A stretch of DNA of 35,392 bases from a virus (IMGVR_UViG_3300020045_001097:1-35392), one strand, 5' to 3'; positions 17,873 to 26,961 are shown, counted from the first letter of the stretch. The notes: generated by a model from the sequence alone, not told the origin. Program-made: numbers and translations.

Positions 17873-18433
17873 TCACATGGGGAGATCATCATCCAGATCA
17901 TCTGAATCTGACGCAAGATCAAAGTCTGCTTGGAACTCTTCATCTGCGACCTTCAAAGTATTCTGGAAGAACTCATCATCCTCACTGATTGCTGCAAAGC
18001 CTGAACCTTCGTACGGCACGAGATTGAGGACTCGAACACCACGAATGTAAACACCTGACTTCTTACCGACGCCGTAGTCAATAACAGCGAACTTAACGTC
18101 TACGTCTGAGCCGTTACCAATAAGCTTTTCATCGTCCCATGCACTACCCTTGATGTCGATTACAGGAATTGGATCGTTCTTTGTAACACCATCACGACGG
18201 TACTCAGCCTGCTTGAACGACAGGAACGGTTCACCATCAAGGTAACCTTCCTTACGCTTAATACGGTCAGCGATACCGGCAGCCTTAAGCTCCTTTAGAC
18301 TATCCTTATTCGTGATAAGCAAGTCCATCTTCCATTCCTTGCCATCCTTGTTATAGTTCAACACAGGATCGCCCAGAATCTTAGCGTAGTTAGCTTTACC
18401 ACGGATAACGAGAGTTTGGGGTTTAGCAGCCAT
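17873..18433 (-). CDS. ssb: Single-stranded DNA-binding protein (T7 gp2.5-like)
   Basis: IGNGSDVDV and GVRVLNLVPY motifs, very acidic C-terminal tail; RBS AAGGA before ATG 18433. Confidence 0.85.
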   Translation of the reverse strand: MAAKPQTLVIRGKANYAKILGDPVLNYNKDGKEWKMDLLITNKDSLKELKAAGIADRIKRKEGYLDGEPFLSFKQAEYRRDGVTKNDPIPVIDIKGSAWDDEKLIGNGSDVDVKFAVIDYGVGKKSGVYIRGVRVLNLVPYEGSGFAAISEDDEFFQNTLKVADEEFQADFDLASDSDDLDDDLPM

Positions 18434-18460
18434 TAACAATTTCCTTTCAAAGAGATAAAC

Positions 18461-18513
18461 TAGAAGGTAAGCTAATTAGTAGACCCCGAGTAACCCGAAA
18501 TCCTTACCTTCTA
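18461..18513 (-). promoter_or_regulatory. Hairpin in the ssb 5' leader
   Basis: 11-bp inverted repeat TAGAAGGTAAG/CTTACCTTCTA enclosing a G-U-rich inner stem; begins close to the predicted transcription start. Confidence 0.55.
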
Positions 18514-18518
18514 ATAGT

Positions 18519-18546
18519 ATTATAACAGATTTCTACGATTTGTCAA
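18519..18546 (-). promoter_or_regulatory. sigma70 promoter for ssb and downstream genes
   Basis: TTGACA-16 nt-TATAAT with TGn extended -10; the -35 box lies in the last codons of the HNH gene. Confidence 0.85.
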
Positions 18547-18922
18547 TATGTTTTTTCATATATTGAAAGATTTTTTCTATCTCTTCAATACTAGCGTTAT
18601 TTTTCAGAGTGTTAGCCCTGTTTGATATTACACATATATTACCTTTAACGTATCCTTTTTCAGGGATAAGACGGTCTACTGAAGGTGTATTGTCACTTCG
18701 TTTGTCTGACCAGTAAACAGGTATACCAAGAACCGGACAAAACTCAGGAATAATTAAATCTTCTTGTGAAAGATTAAAAGCAATTTCATAAAAATTACAC
18801 TTACTTTTTATAGAAGTATAAAGATTCCTGAGCCTGTTTTGTTTTCGCCATTCTCTTTGTCGTTCTGGGTAGTATGTGCTTTTTCGTGTCTTTGCAGAAT
18901 CGCCTAGATTTTTCCTTCCCAT
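18533..18922 (-). CDS. Free-standing HNH-type endonuclease
   Basis: CPVLGIP...TPSVDRLIPEKGYVKGNICVISNRANTLKN; visibly AT-rich compared with flanking core genes. Confidence 0.8.
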   Translation of the reverse strand: MGRKNLGDSAKTRKSTYYPERQREWRKQNRLRNLYTSIKSKCNFYEIAFNLSQEDLIIPEFCPVLGIPVYWSDKRSDNTPSVDRLIPEKGYVKGNICVISNRANTLKNNASIEEIEKIFQYMKKHIDKS

Positions 18923-18950
18923 TTTGTTCCTTTGTAAGTCAAGAACTATT

Positions 18951-19109
18951 TTACTCTTCTAGTGTTTTTTCTAAAAGAGTAAGAATTTTCTTTATTTGGT
19001 TGATCTTAGATACTGAAATTCCTCCATAATCTCCATACATATTTTCTACAGCATCATTAAGATCGAGAAGAAGATCACTCTGTAGTTCGACTAGTGTGTC
19101 CTTATCCAT
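18951..19109 (-). CDS. 52-aa hypothetical protein (third gene of the pol-end array; not in ORF track)
   Basis: MDKDTLVELQSDLLLDLNDAVENMYGDYGGISVSKINQIKKILTLLEKTLEE; preceded by TGGAAATTAAT. Confidence 0.6.
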   Translation of the reverse strand: MDKDTLVELQSDLLLDLNDAVENMYGDYGGISVSKINQIKKILTLLEKTLEE

Positions 19110-19110
19110 A

Positions 19111-19269
19111 TTAATTTCCATTTAATCGAGAAGAGTTGTACATATCTTCAATTTCATTAAGAAGATTTAAAATAAATTCGTCGTATACTTCGTTATCTGG
19201 CAGTTCATACCAGTCTTTACAAGCTTTCAGATGAATCTTTTCCAATTCTACTAGTGGGTCTCTGCCCAT
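19111..19269 (-). CDS. 52-aa hypothetical protein (second gene of the pol-end array; not in ORF track)
   Basis: MGRDPLVELEKIHLKACKDWYELPDNEVYDEFILNLLNEIEDMYNSSRLNGN; the ATG lies inside the duplicated WAETH* segment. Confidence 0.6.
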   Translation of the reverse strand: MGRDPLVELEKIHLKACKDWYELPDNEVYDEFILNLLNEIEDMYNSSRLNGN

Positions 19270-19454
19270 GTTAATTTCCATTTTATTTTATCTTTTTCTA
19301 GTTGTTCGATAGAACACCAAGCATTTCCGTAACCTTCTGGAAAAGTCCAAGGGTCAGGAAGATACACATAATCTTTCTCGTTTATGTTCTTAACAGTACC
19401 ATATGGTACTTCCTGCTTCCAAGGGTTGCCTTCTCTTAGTGCGTTTCTGCCCAT
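19251..19454 (-). CDS. 67-aa hypothetical protein ending in a copy of the polymerase C-terminus
   Basis: Starts inside the pol 3' end and ends LTWAETH*, identical to the last 7 aa of the polymerase. Confidence 0.6.
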   Translation of the reverse strand: MGRNALREGNPWKQEVPYGTVKNINEKDYVYLPDPWTFPEGYGNAWCSIEQLEKDKIKWKLTWAETH

Positions 19455-21271
19455 GTCAAACCAACCTTTGCATCACAAGCAATGGGAAGGTTATAACGGA
19501 AGTGCTCGCCGCTAGTGCGAAAAGCAATGGGGCATACTTCGTACGCAAATTCATCTGTGTGTTCCTTAAATACATCATTCTGCCACTCATCGTGGATATC
19601 CCCGACCTTGAGAACATCTAGACGTCTACGTCTTACTTCTAAATCTGTAAGAGCAGCAGCTTTTTTCATTATTCGTGACTCGTCCCCTTGGAGGAGATAG
19701 CCAAGGCGTGTATGTGGGGAGGAGACGATAATGGGAGTCCCGTCACAAAGGACAATTCTGCCAGCTCGCTCCACCTGTCGTTCAAGAGCATCAAGTAGAT
19801 TTTTAAGTCCTGGGAAATTGCTAATAAAGCGTGACTTGATTTCTTTGCCATCTCTTGTCGATCCCCCAATGATTTGACCGACTTTTGCATCCCCTGCTCC
19901 CAAGAGGAATGCATAGATGAAAGTTTTTGCAACAGCTCTTGTTCTAAAACCTCCAACCTCTTGGTTGTAACTGTGTGGGTCTCCTTCAAGTACTGACTCC
20001 GTAAATTTGGGGTTGTTTAGATAGTGGGCGAGTACACGTAGCTGAATACCTTTAGCGTCAACACCCACAAGACGACGTTCAGGAGAACGCACAGTCCAAA
20101 GATCACGAGCTTCGTACGTGTAAACTCCTTCATCTTTGTATAGAGGTTTTTCATCTTTTCCTACTCGTACTGCTGGTATATTTGCAGAATTAGGTTCGCT
20201 ATGGCGATACCGCAAAGTATTTGCCAACCAGAGACTGCCGTGAATACAGCCGGTTTTTTCATTGTATGCCTCGAGCCAAGTGTTAATCATGTTAGCTCTA
20301 GAGTTGTATTCGATCCAGTTAGCAATAAGTCTAACTTGTTCGTTACCTGATTTTTCTACGAACTCTGCTAGGGAAGGGCTTAGTTTTCCTTTACTGGTGG
20401 GCTGAGGCGAGCCACCCTTTGTGAACTCTTTTGGCTCCCATCCCAGTTCCAACAGTTTTTCAACTCGTTGAGGCGGGCTTCCAATGCTGAAATACACATA
20501 ATCATAGACGTCATATTCGTCGGTTCTTGTCTCGATTTTAACATACTGCTGTTGATGTCGTGTATAGTTTGCAGTAGGATTGCCATCTTTTTTATGGGGT
20601 CTCTTGAAAGTAGCGACTTTTGTAAGTTGAGGGGGCCAGAAGACATGGATTTTGTCTCTGATCTCATTTTCTTTCTCCCTTAGTGTGTTGTATAGGACAT
20701 GGGCTTCCTCAATGTTGAATGCAAAACCGTTTCTCTTCTGCTTTTGTATGAGTTGCCAAGAGCGATGCTCGATATCTAAACCATCTTCAGTAAACCCTAG
20801 CTGTCTCATACGGGTGATGAGAGCAAGGAAGACTTTACCACAAAGGATAGCGTCATTCATACAGTAGTCTTCTTGTTCTTGCGACCACTGGCTGAAGTCG
20901 TCCCACTCACCCTTAAGATGTCCGAGGCGCTTGCCCCAAGCAGCTAGAGAGTGTCCACCGTCCATAGAGGGTGAAAAGACCATAGACATAAGCATCGTAT
21001 CACATACGTCTGACACGGTAAGCTTAGAACCAATAAGAAGGTTGAGAGTATAGAAGTCGTAACCAATACCATTATGGGCAATGAACTTACAACCTTCAGC
21101 TTTCTTGTCAGCTAACCATTGCCTAATCTCTGAGTACCCTCGAAGACGCACCTCTTCCCTCGTACGAAGATTCCAAGCACACATACACCAAACTTTAGTG
21201 GAAGGAATTGGATCACCTTCAATATCAACCGCCCAATAAAGATTTAACTGCTCTTTACTAGGTAGGTACAT
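19436..21271 (-). CDS. polA: Family A DNA polymerase with 3'-5' exonuclease
   Basis: ExoI DIE, ExoII HNGIGYD, ExoIII YCMNDA; motif A VDAKGIQLRVLAHY, motif B RAVAKTFIYAFLLGAG, motif C IHDEWQ. Confidence 0.95.
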   Translation of the reverse strand: MYLPSKEQLNLYWAVDIEGDPIPSTKVWCMCAWNLRTREEVRLRGYSEIRQWLADKKAEGCKFIAHNGIGYDFYTLNLLIGSKLTVSDVCDTMLMSMVFSPSMDGGHSLAAWGKRLGHLKGEWDDFSQWSQEQEDYCMNDAILCGKVFLALITRMRQLGFTEDGLDIEHRSWQLIQKQKRNGFAFNIEEAHVLYNTLREKENEIRDKIHVFWPPQLTKVATFKRPHKKDGNPTANYTRHQQQYVKIETRTDEYDVYDYVYFSIGSPPQRVEKLLELGWEPKEFTKGGSPQPTSKGKLSPSLAEFVEKSGNEQVRLIANWIEYNSRANMINTWLEAYNEKTGCIHGSLWLANTLRYRHSEPNSANIPAVRVGKDEKPLYKDEGVYTYEARDLWTVRSPERRLVGVDAKGIQLRVLAHYLNNPKFTESVLEGDPHSYNQEVGGFRTRAVAKTFIYAFLLGAGDAKVGQIIGGSTRDGKEIKSRFISNFPGLKNLLDALERQVERAGRIVLCDGTPIIVSSPHTRLGYLLQGDESRIMKKAAALTDLEVRRRRLDVLKVGDIHDEWQNDVFKEHTDEFAYEVCPIAFRTSGEHFRYNLPIACDAKVGLTWAETH

Positions 21272-21426
21272 TAAGTTTCCTTAGTTTTTACATAAACAGG
21301 AATTGAATCTCCACTAAGGTTATACCTGTTTGCAATACCTTCGGTTTGATAAATTTTCTTAGTACCGTGTGTTTTGAAACGATCTCTAGGGTTCATCCAA
21401 CCTACTTGAATTAACAGTGTCGTCAT
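21271..21426 (-). CDS. Small hypothetical protein
   Basis: ATG 1 nt after the primase-helicase stop; TAATG coupling to pol. Confidence 0.5.
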   Translation of the reverse strand: MTTLLIQVGWMNPRDRFKTHGTKKIYQTEGIANRYNLSGDSIPVYVKTKET

Positions 21427-21427
21427 A

Positions 21428-23062
21428 TCACCAAGCCTGATCGTCGCGGATGGATTCACCACTTTCGTATAGCATAATTTGCTCCTTATCTAGTTCTGTT
21501 AGTCGCGCCGTTTCTGGGTTATACCATAGATAGCACGCCGGACCTGTATATCCACAGAATCGGTTCTTTTCAACTGTAACTTTGGTAATATTCCGTCGCC
21601 ATTCGTTAGCGTCAGTTTTATTCCTTTCGAGCCGTACGACAACATTAGATAGCTGCTCGACCCCGGCAGTCCCCCGGATTTGACCCGCACGATTAGTATG
21701 AATAACCGCCATAACTGCAACGTCAAGCTCCATTGTAAGAGTCTTGAGCTTAGTTGTAATCTCATCTAGCTGCTTTCTTTCATCACCTGATTGATCAGAT
21801 ACAACGATACTAAGGTGGTCCAGCACGATGTACCTACACCCAAGAGCAACCATGTGACGGACTTTCCCCAGTACAGCGTCAACTGAATTACTGCCGAAGT
21901 GATCCCACAAAACCATACGGTTGTTGTTAAGAAGTTCATCGTACGCTTTCCGTAGTTCTTCTGGATTGCGTTCAGTGGTAGGAAGATGATAAGGAGTAGA
22001 ATTATGTATGCTAAGCAACCCAAGAGCGGTATCACCATTTGGCTCTTCCAGATGTAAGAAACCAACTCCGTAACCATTCTTAATTACCTCTTCGTCTGTA
22101 AGGAGCTTATGCTCTACGTGTTTGAGAAAGGATGTTTTACCAACACCAGTATCAGCAGTTATTGTAACAAGCTCAGACAGACGCATACCGAAAGTCTTTT
22201 CATTCATACCCTCGAATGGATACTGAACAGTAAAAGATTCCTTTCTTGTGATGATCTCTTCCCACATGTCAGTACCAAACTTAATACCGTCTGGCTGATG
22301 TGTAGGAGCTGCCCACCACTCTCTTGAGAATGCTTCTGCTTCTTTGTTTAGAAGGTACTCATTAGCGTCTTTGAACTTGCGGGGAGTCATTACCTTGATT
22401 TTGCCGAGAGGGAAGCCGGGAACATTAGCTACTGCTTTAGCTGCCTTTTGTCCTTGCTCGTCATTATCAAATACTAGTACAATAGTTTCAAAAGAATTAA
22501 GATACTCGAAGTCTTCTCGTACGTCCCTCTCGGCTGTGCTGGAGGAGTGAATGGATACCGCAGGGTAACGGCTACCAGTCATCTGATACACTGCCATAGC
22601 GTCGTCCTGACCTTCTGTGACAGTGACGTACTTAGCACTGCCGGGAGGAAAGGCATGACGACCGAACAGACCGGGCTTAGAGCTTCGTACGTCACCCTCA
22701 AAAGCAAAACGCTTGCCCGGACTACGAACCTTGTTAGCTATATGCCTGCCAGAGATATCGTACAGAGGGTACTTGGCTTGGTACTCGGCGATTGGGCCAC
22801 CTACGTCTACTTTATACCTCTCGATTGTATCTTTTGTAAGACCTCGTTCAGCGAAACCCCGGAAGACTTTTGTGATTGGTGATAGATTAGTAACTGTTCG
22901 TTCAATAGTTTCTGTCAATACAAATCCTTTTATAGGTTCTACATTCATGTTAGGGGGTACGTTAGTGCCACACGAGAAACACTTACCCCATCCGTTGTCT
23001 TGGATAGAGTAAGCATCTGTTGAGTCGCACTTAGGACAAGGTAGATGTTGTTTACTTATCAT
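21428..23062 (-). CDS. T7 gp4-like primase-helicase
   Basis: Zn ribbon CPKC...CFSC, TOPRIM VTEGQDDAMA / FDND, Walker A ADTGVGKT, YIVLDHLSI, KNRFCG; start re-called at ATG 23062 (RBS AAGGA). Confidence 0.95.
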   Translation of the reverse strand: MISKQHLPCPKCDSTDAYSIQDNGWGKCFSCGTNVPPNMNVEPIKGFVLTETIERTVTNLSPITKVFRGFAERGLTKDTIERYKVDVGGPIAEYQAKYPLYDISGRHIANKVRSPGKRFAFEGDVRSSKPGLFGRHAFPPGSAKYVTVTEGQDDAMAVYQMTGSRYPAVSIHSSSTAERDVREDFEYLNSFETIVLVFDNDEQGQKAAKAVANVPGFPLGKIKVMTPRKFKDANEYLLNKEAEAFSREWWAAPTHQPDGIKFGTDMWEEIITRKESFTVQYPFEGMNEKTFGMRLSELVTITADTGVGKTSFLKHVEHKLLTDEEVIKNGYGVGFLHLEEPNGDTALGLLSIHNSTPYHLPTTERNPEELRKAYDELLNNNRMVLWDHFGSNSVDAVLGKVRHMVALGCRYIVLDHLSIVVSDQSGDERKQLDEITTKLKTLTMELDVAVMAVIHTNRAGQIRGTAGVEQLSNVVVRLERNKTDANEWRRNITKVTVEKNRFCGYTGPACYLWYNPETARLTELDKEQIMLYESGESIRDDQAW

Positions 23063-23793
23063 GCGTCCTTTCTGGTGAGGGTATCGGCTTGCTCTAAAGC
23101 TTGAGACACCCCGCAATCGCACTTTGCATCGGAATAATAGCGGACGGAGCAAAGCGGACCACCACGGTGATGCATAGCCCCTCGTAAGATCGCCACCGCC
23201 TCCCGCAAAGCCTGCAACTCAGCCTCAGATTGCTTGCGTCGTTCAGCTTCATCGCGGAAAGCCTTTGACCATTCCAAGCACTCGGCCTTGGTGGCTTCGT
23301 GTGCTGCATCTTTGGTATCGAGGGCTTCAGATAGCATTTGGATAACCGTGGCTGCTTCATTGCAGTACGATTGACGATCCCCCGGCTTCCATTGGCGCAA
23401 AAAGCCTATGAGTTGGGTGTATCCGTTCCAATCAGTCATAGTCGGGGCGTGGGTGGTGGGGCTTGAGACAAGAACAGCAAGTTCGCCTAAAACAGAATTA
23501 AGCGCAGACAGGGCTACATCGTAGGGGTTTCCGTCGATGTGCCCATTGATAGCCTTGCTGCGCTCAATGTCCTTATACGCCATCTGCGCGATCTGGCGGG
23601 CTTCAATTAAACCTCCAAGTGGCGTGTACCAAGCAACCGGCTCACCCTGCACAGGCACGGATGATTGGCGGTGGCGGGCGAGTAGCTCGGTCAGTTCATG
23701 CCAACGGGTCTGCGGCATTGATAAACCCAAGAGTGCTATAATTTCATCGGCGCAGCGAATATCAACCGCCTGCGTAACTTCGGTTTCGGTCAT
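23059..23793 (-). CDS. GC-rich mosaic hypothetical protein (Ead/Ea22-like accessory type)
   Basis: QGEPVAWY motif, coiled coil, C-terminal H..C...CDC; GC and codon usage clearly higher than flanks; ATGA overlaps at both ends. Confidence 0.6.
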   Translation of the reverse strand: MTETEVTQAVDIRCADEIIALLGLSMPQTRWHELTELLARHRQSSVPVQGEPVAWYTPLGGLIEARQIAQMAYKDIERSKAINGHIDGNPYDVALSALNSVLGELAVLVSSPTTHAPTMTDWNGYTQLIGFLRQWKPGDRQSYCNEAATVIQMLSEALDTKDAAHEATKAECLEWSKAFRDEAERRKQSEAELQALREAVAILRGAMHHRGGPLCSVRYYSDAKCDCGVSQALEQADTLTRKDA

Positions 23794-24005
23794 GGCTGTT
23801 TGTCCTCCTCTAAAGTCTCTTCGTCAGGACCGTAGATCAATTCCCACTCACCTTCGATCTGAGCAGTGATCTCTTCGTCACTATCGTCAGTAAAGACTTC
23901 AGAGATTTCGATAAGGCATGTAGGACAGGGGTCCCAATCTTGGTGGTCGTTATTCCACTGGATCGAGTTTTCTTTCAATTCAGAGTTACAGATAGCACAA
24001 CGCAT
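23790..24005 (-). CDS. Small zinc-finger protein
   Basis: MRCAICN...DPCPTC, acidic tail, RBS AAGGA. Confidence 0.75.
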   Translation of the reverse strand: MRCAICNSELKENSIQWNNDHQDWDPCPTCLIEISEVFTDDSDEEITAQIEGEWELIYGPDEETLEEDKQP

Positions 24006-24029
24006 TGTTAATTCCTTAGGTTACTCTTA

Positions 24030-24058
24030 ATAATACCAGCTCTTGAACATCTTGTCAA
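24030..24058 (-). promoter_or_regulatory. sigma70 promoter for the replication operon
   Basis: TTGACA-17 nt-TATTAT with TGn; the -35 box overlaps the ATP-grasp stop codon. Confidence 0.8.
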
Positions 24059-24819
24059 GCGTTATTTTGCAATTGCCCTCGGAAGTAAGTCACGTAGTCG
24101 GTAATTGTAGTGCTTTCAATACCCGGCGCGCTGTTGATTTCAAGAACATAAGCCCTCTGCTGGCGCTCATTCCAGATGACGTCAACGGCACCGAAGTCAA
24201 GGCCAGAGGCACCCAAAGCCTTGATGGACACATCTGTAACAAGTGGCGGCGGATTGCAATCACCTCGCACAAAGTTAAACCCGTTAACGTGATTGCGTAT
24301 TCGCCAGTTGGGGTCTTCGCAATCTTGACGACGGGCTTTGCGCTGCTGGCTGATGATAGATGTCGTGCCATCGTTATTCTTTCCTACATGGATACGGTAT
24401 TCGTCTTGCTTCTTAACGTACTGTACGTACAGAGAGCAGTCTACAAGTTGGTCTCTAGTATCTGCAATAACAATTCCTTCGCCGGAATGACCAGCAAGAA
24501 CAGTGCGGCAGACAATAGGAAAATCCGCATCTAGAATATCCTCTTTATTAGTCCAGAATTTTGGAATAATATCTTCATTCTCTTCTTTCATTCGATTGAA
24601 GAAGTTCAACTTATTACTGACTGTACGAATAACAGTAGGCTCGTTGAACATAATCATAGGTCCTGTGTAAGGCTCTGTACGTCCCCAGTTAATAGCCACA
24701 TCGGTGGGTCTAGGCCGAAACCTAGATCCCTCCAGACGTAGAACACGAGCGCCTAGAGCATCTGCTAGAGCACGAGCAGACCGACTACCTTGACGGTATG
24801 GTAGAATACGGATACGCAT
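24055..24819 (-). CDS. ATP-grasp peptide ligase (RimK-like, phiEco32 type)
   Basis: INWG, SNKL, FPIVCR, GHSGEGI, EYRIHV, IRNHVNG, GLDFGAVDV, VLEINSAPG. Confidence 0.9.
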   Translation of the reverse strand: MRIRILPYRQGSRSARALADALGARVLRLEGSRFRPRPTDVAINWGRTEPYTGPMIMFNEPTVIRTVSNKLNFFNRMKEENEDIIPKFWTNKEDILDADFPIVCRTVLAGHSGEGIVIADTRDQLVDCSLYVQYVKKQDEYRIHVGKNNDGTTSIISQQRKARRQDCEDPNWRIRNHVNGFNFVRGDCNPPPLVTDVSIKALGASGLDFGAVDVIWNERQQRAYVLEINSAPGIESTTITDYVTYFRGQLQNNA

Positions 24820-24833
24820 AGTATTATCCCTTA

Positions 24834-26300
24834 TTAGTGAATGAAACCAAGAGTTGAATCACCATCCCAATAGCCAGTTGCACAATCGTACCAGTAAGGA
24901 GTAGCTCCGTAGTTACGATTACCCATAACTAGGTTCTGATCTGCTACAATCTGCACTCGATTACCATCAACTGAAATCGACACAATAATAGCCTTAGCTA
25001 CTCGCATGGCATTATTACCATAGAATGAAAGCATTTCGCCCTTAAGACTCAAACGCTCAATTGCAAGCCCTCTTGGCCCTGTCTGGTATGGGTTGTACGG
25101 TACATTGTCTTGTCCGACGAGGGTTTCCCTATGCCGTGCAATACTAAAATTAGGATTAACCCACGCCCCACGCCTCATGACAAAGTGGTCTGGGACATAA
25201 GCTGGACGTGCATCTGGTGCAGGCGGTGCAGCAGGTACCGCAGGAGCTGTGGCCCAAATACGTTCAATACGAGGGTCGATTGCGCCATCTCTAAGGTCTA
25301 CATCAAAATCCAGCATAGTTGCATCAAACGTCTGTTTCTTCTTAGACTTCTTACCAAAAGGGTCCTCTACGTAAGGTTTAGTGCATTCTTCGTACCATTC
25401 GTGCCATGGGAACCCACCGATAAGGGGTTGCGCCCGACGAAACCCATTAAGAACTGTCGAGTTCATGTCTTGTACAGTATCCATAACACCGGTAACAAAA
25501 GAAGGAGATACGTTAGCTTTCTCACAGATTTCCAAGAAGAGTTCACGACCACCACGTTCTGACATACTGTATGACATAGTGGCTGGATTTGCAAACGTAT
25601 CACCTGCGTAACGGGTAAGCTCATACACGAACTTAGTCCAGTCAACAATACGTTGAGAATCCTCAGAAGCGTTCATCACACGGTATTCAAGCGAACCAAA
25701 TCGATAAAGTGTAAGGATATTCAAAGAGCTATACTTAAGGTTCTCATTGAAATCTGCACGACCAGTACGAAGGAATGAACGCCAAGCTGCGATAGTACCA
25801 GCGTTACAATCTTTAGAACCTAAGCAAAAGTGATTGTTAACACGCTCTTCGCCTGCCCAAAGTGTCAAGGGTTCTTCAAAAGCTGTCCACAAAGCCAGCG
25901 CAGAAGTAATTTCATTAACTTTCTTGCCACCCATATTGACGTGTACGTGAGTTGAACAACGGTTTGTCAACAAAAGATTTGTATTGTTAGTCTTAAACGA
26001 ATCATACAACCCTTCAACAAGAACATCTACTTCGTCAATTTTACAAGGTGTAGCGAGAACATACTCAAGGGCTTCTCCACGTAGTGAACCATCGGCTTTA
26101 GTAAGCCAAGAAGCTGAAGAAGTTTTACCTACAACCTTTGCAAGTTTACCAGCAGAGGGAAGATTTTCTCCTTCGATTTCAAGTTCAAGACCCACATCAG
26201 CCAAACCGTTAGTAGGCACATAAGGTTGGTTCATTACGAAATTAGGAATACCAACAGAAGGTTTCTCAATTTTTTCGTATTCTTCCATGAACGCAGGCAT
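24834..26300 (-). CDS. Putative amidoligase (glutamine synthetase/glutamate-cysteine ligase-like fold) with C-terminal extension
   Basis: VGLELEIEG, DGSLRG..LEYV, RCSTHVHVN, KYSSLN, GSLEYR; start re-called at ATG 26300 (RBS AAGGAG). Confidence 0.85.
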   Translation of the reverse strand: MPAFMEEYEKIEKPSVGIPNFVMNQPYVPTNGLADVGLELEIEGENLPSAGKLAKVVGKTSSASWLTKADGSLRGEALEYVLATPCKIDEVDVLVEGLYDSFKTNNTNLLLTNRCSTHVHVNMGGKKVNEITSALALWTAFEEPLTLWAGEERVNNHFCLGSKDCNAGTIAAWRSFLRTGRADFNENLKYSSLNILTLYRFGSLEYRVMNASEDSQRIVDWTKFVYELTRYAGDTFANPATMSYSMSERGGRELFLEICEKANVSPSFVTGVMDTVQDMNSTVLNGFRRAQPLIGGFPWHEWYEECTKPYVEDPFGKKSKKKQTFDATMLDFDVDLRDGAIDPRIERIWATAPAVPAAPPAPDARPAYVPDHFVMRRGAWVNPNFSIARHRETLVGQDNVPYNPYQTGPRGLAIERLSLKGEMLSFYGNNAMRVAKAIIVSISVDGNRVQIVADQNLVMGNRNYGATPYWYDCATGYWDGDSTLGFIH

Positions 26301-26304
26301 TGTA

Positions 26305-26961
26305 TTAGAACTCCTTAATAGTGGAAATTTTAAAGGCAGGGGTTTCCATAATTTGCTCTTTAGCGTACGTATATTCGCTTGTAAGCAAGAGTGTATCGCT
26401 ATCAACAAATAGTCCAACCTTATCGGCATTAAAGTACAACCATCGAATGCCGTTAGCTTCTCGTTTGATAGCCATTTCAGGACAGATGGCCACTGCTGTC
26501 TTCACTTTGATCTTGTTAAGCACTTCATCGATAGATGGGAACTCACCTTTAACAGCCGCCGCGTATTGAGCATCTTTAGCAATTGTCTCAAACGAGTAAT
26601 CACTAGACGCACCAAAGTCCATATCATGACCTAGAAAAGTCATGGTGGAGATATTACTACGACTAAAACCGTGTTGTCGTGATCGTACAGGTCGACGCTG
26701 TAGGTAACATGCCCGGCGAGAAGCAAGATTGTTGACCCAGCCGATAGGGAGTGGTGTCCGGAAACGGCCAAACCCTTTATCAGACAATTGTATTTCACGA
26801 CCCTTGCCCTCTGGGTACACAGTCAGTACGGCTTTAGGCTCGCCTCTGTTGCTACGAATCTCATGAATGAAGACAGGTTTGTCTTCGTACAAGATAAAAG
26901 TATTAGAAAGCCTTTCGCTTGCTTGGTCACGGTCTGTCCAGAAGAAGTCTGTTTTAAGCAA
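26305..26961 (-). CDS. Hypothetical protein within the amidoligase cluster
   Basis: PIGWVN...YLQRRPVRSRQHG pattern; TTG start with RBS AAGGA; lies between the two ligases. Confidence 0.65.
   Translation of the reverse strand: MLKTDFFWTDRDQASERLSNTFILYEDKPVFIHEIRSNRGEPKAVLTVYPEGKGREIQLSDKGFGRFRTPLPIGWVNNLASRRACYLQRRPVRSRQHGFSRSNISTMTFLGHDMDFGASSDYSFETIAKDAQYAAAVKGEFPSIDEVLNKIKVKTAVAICPEMAIKREANGIRWLYFNADKVGLFVDSDTLLLTSEYTYAKEQIMETPAFKISTIKEF

Noticed and set aside
18895-19470. CRISPR array
   Set aside because: Repeats are degenerate, intervening units are about 130-150 nt and protein-coding, and no cas operon is present.
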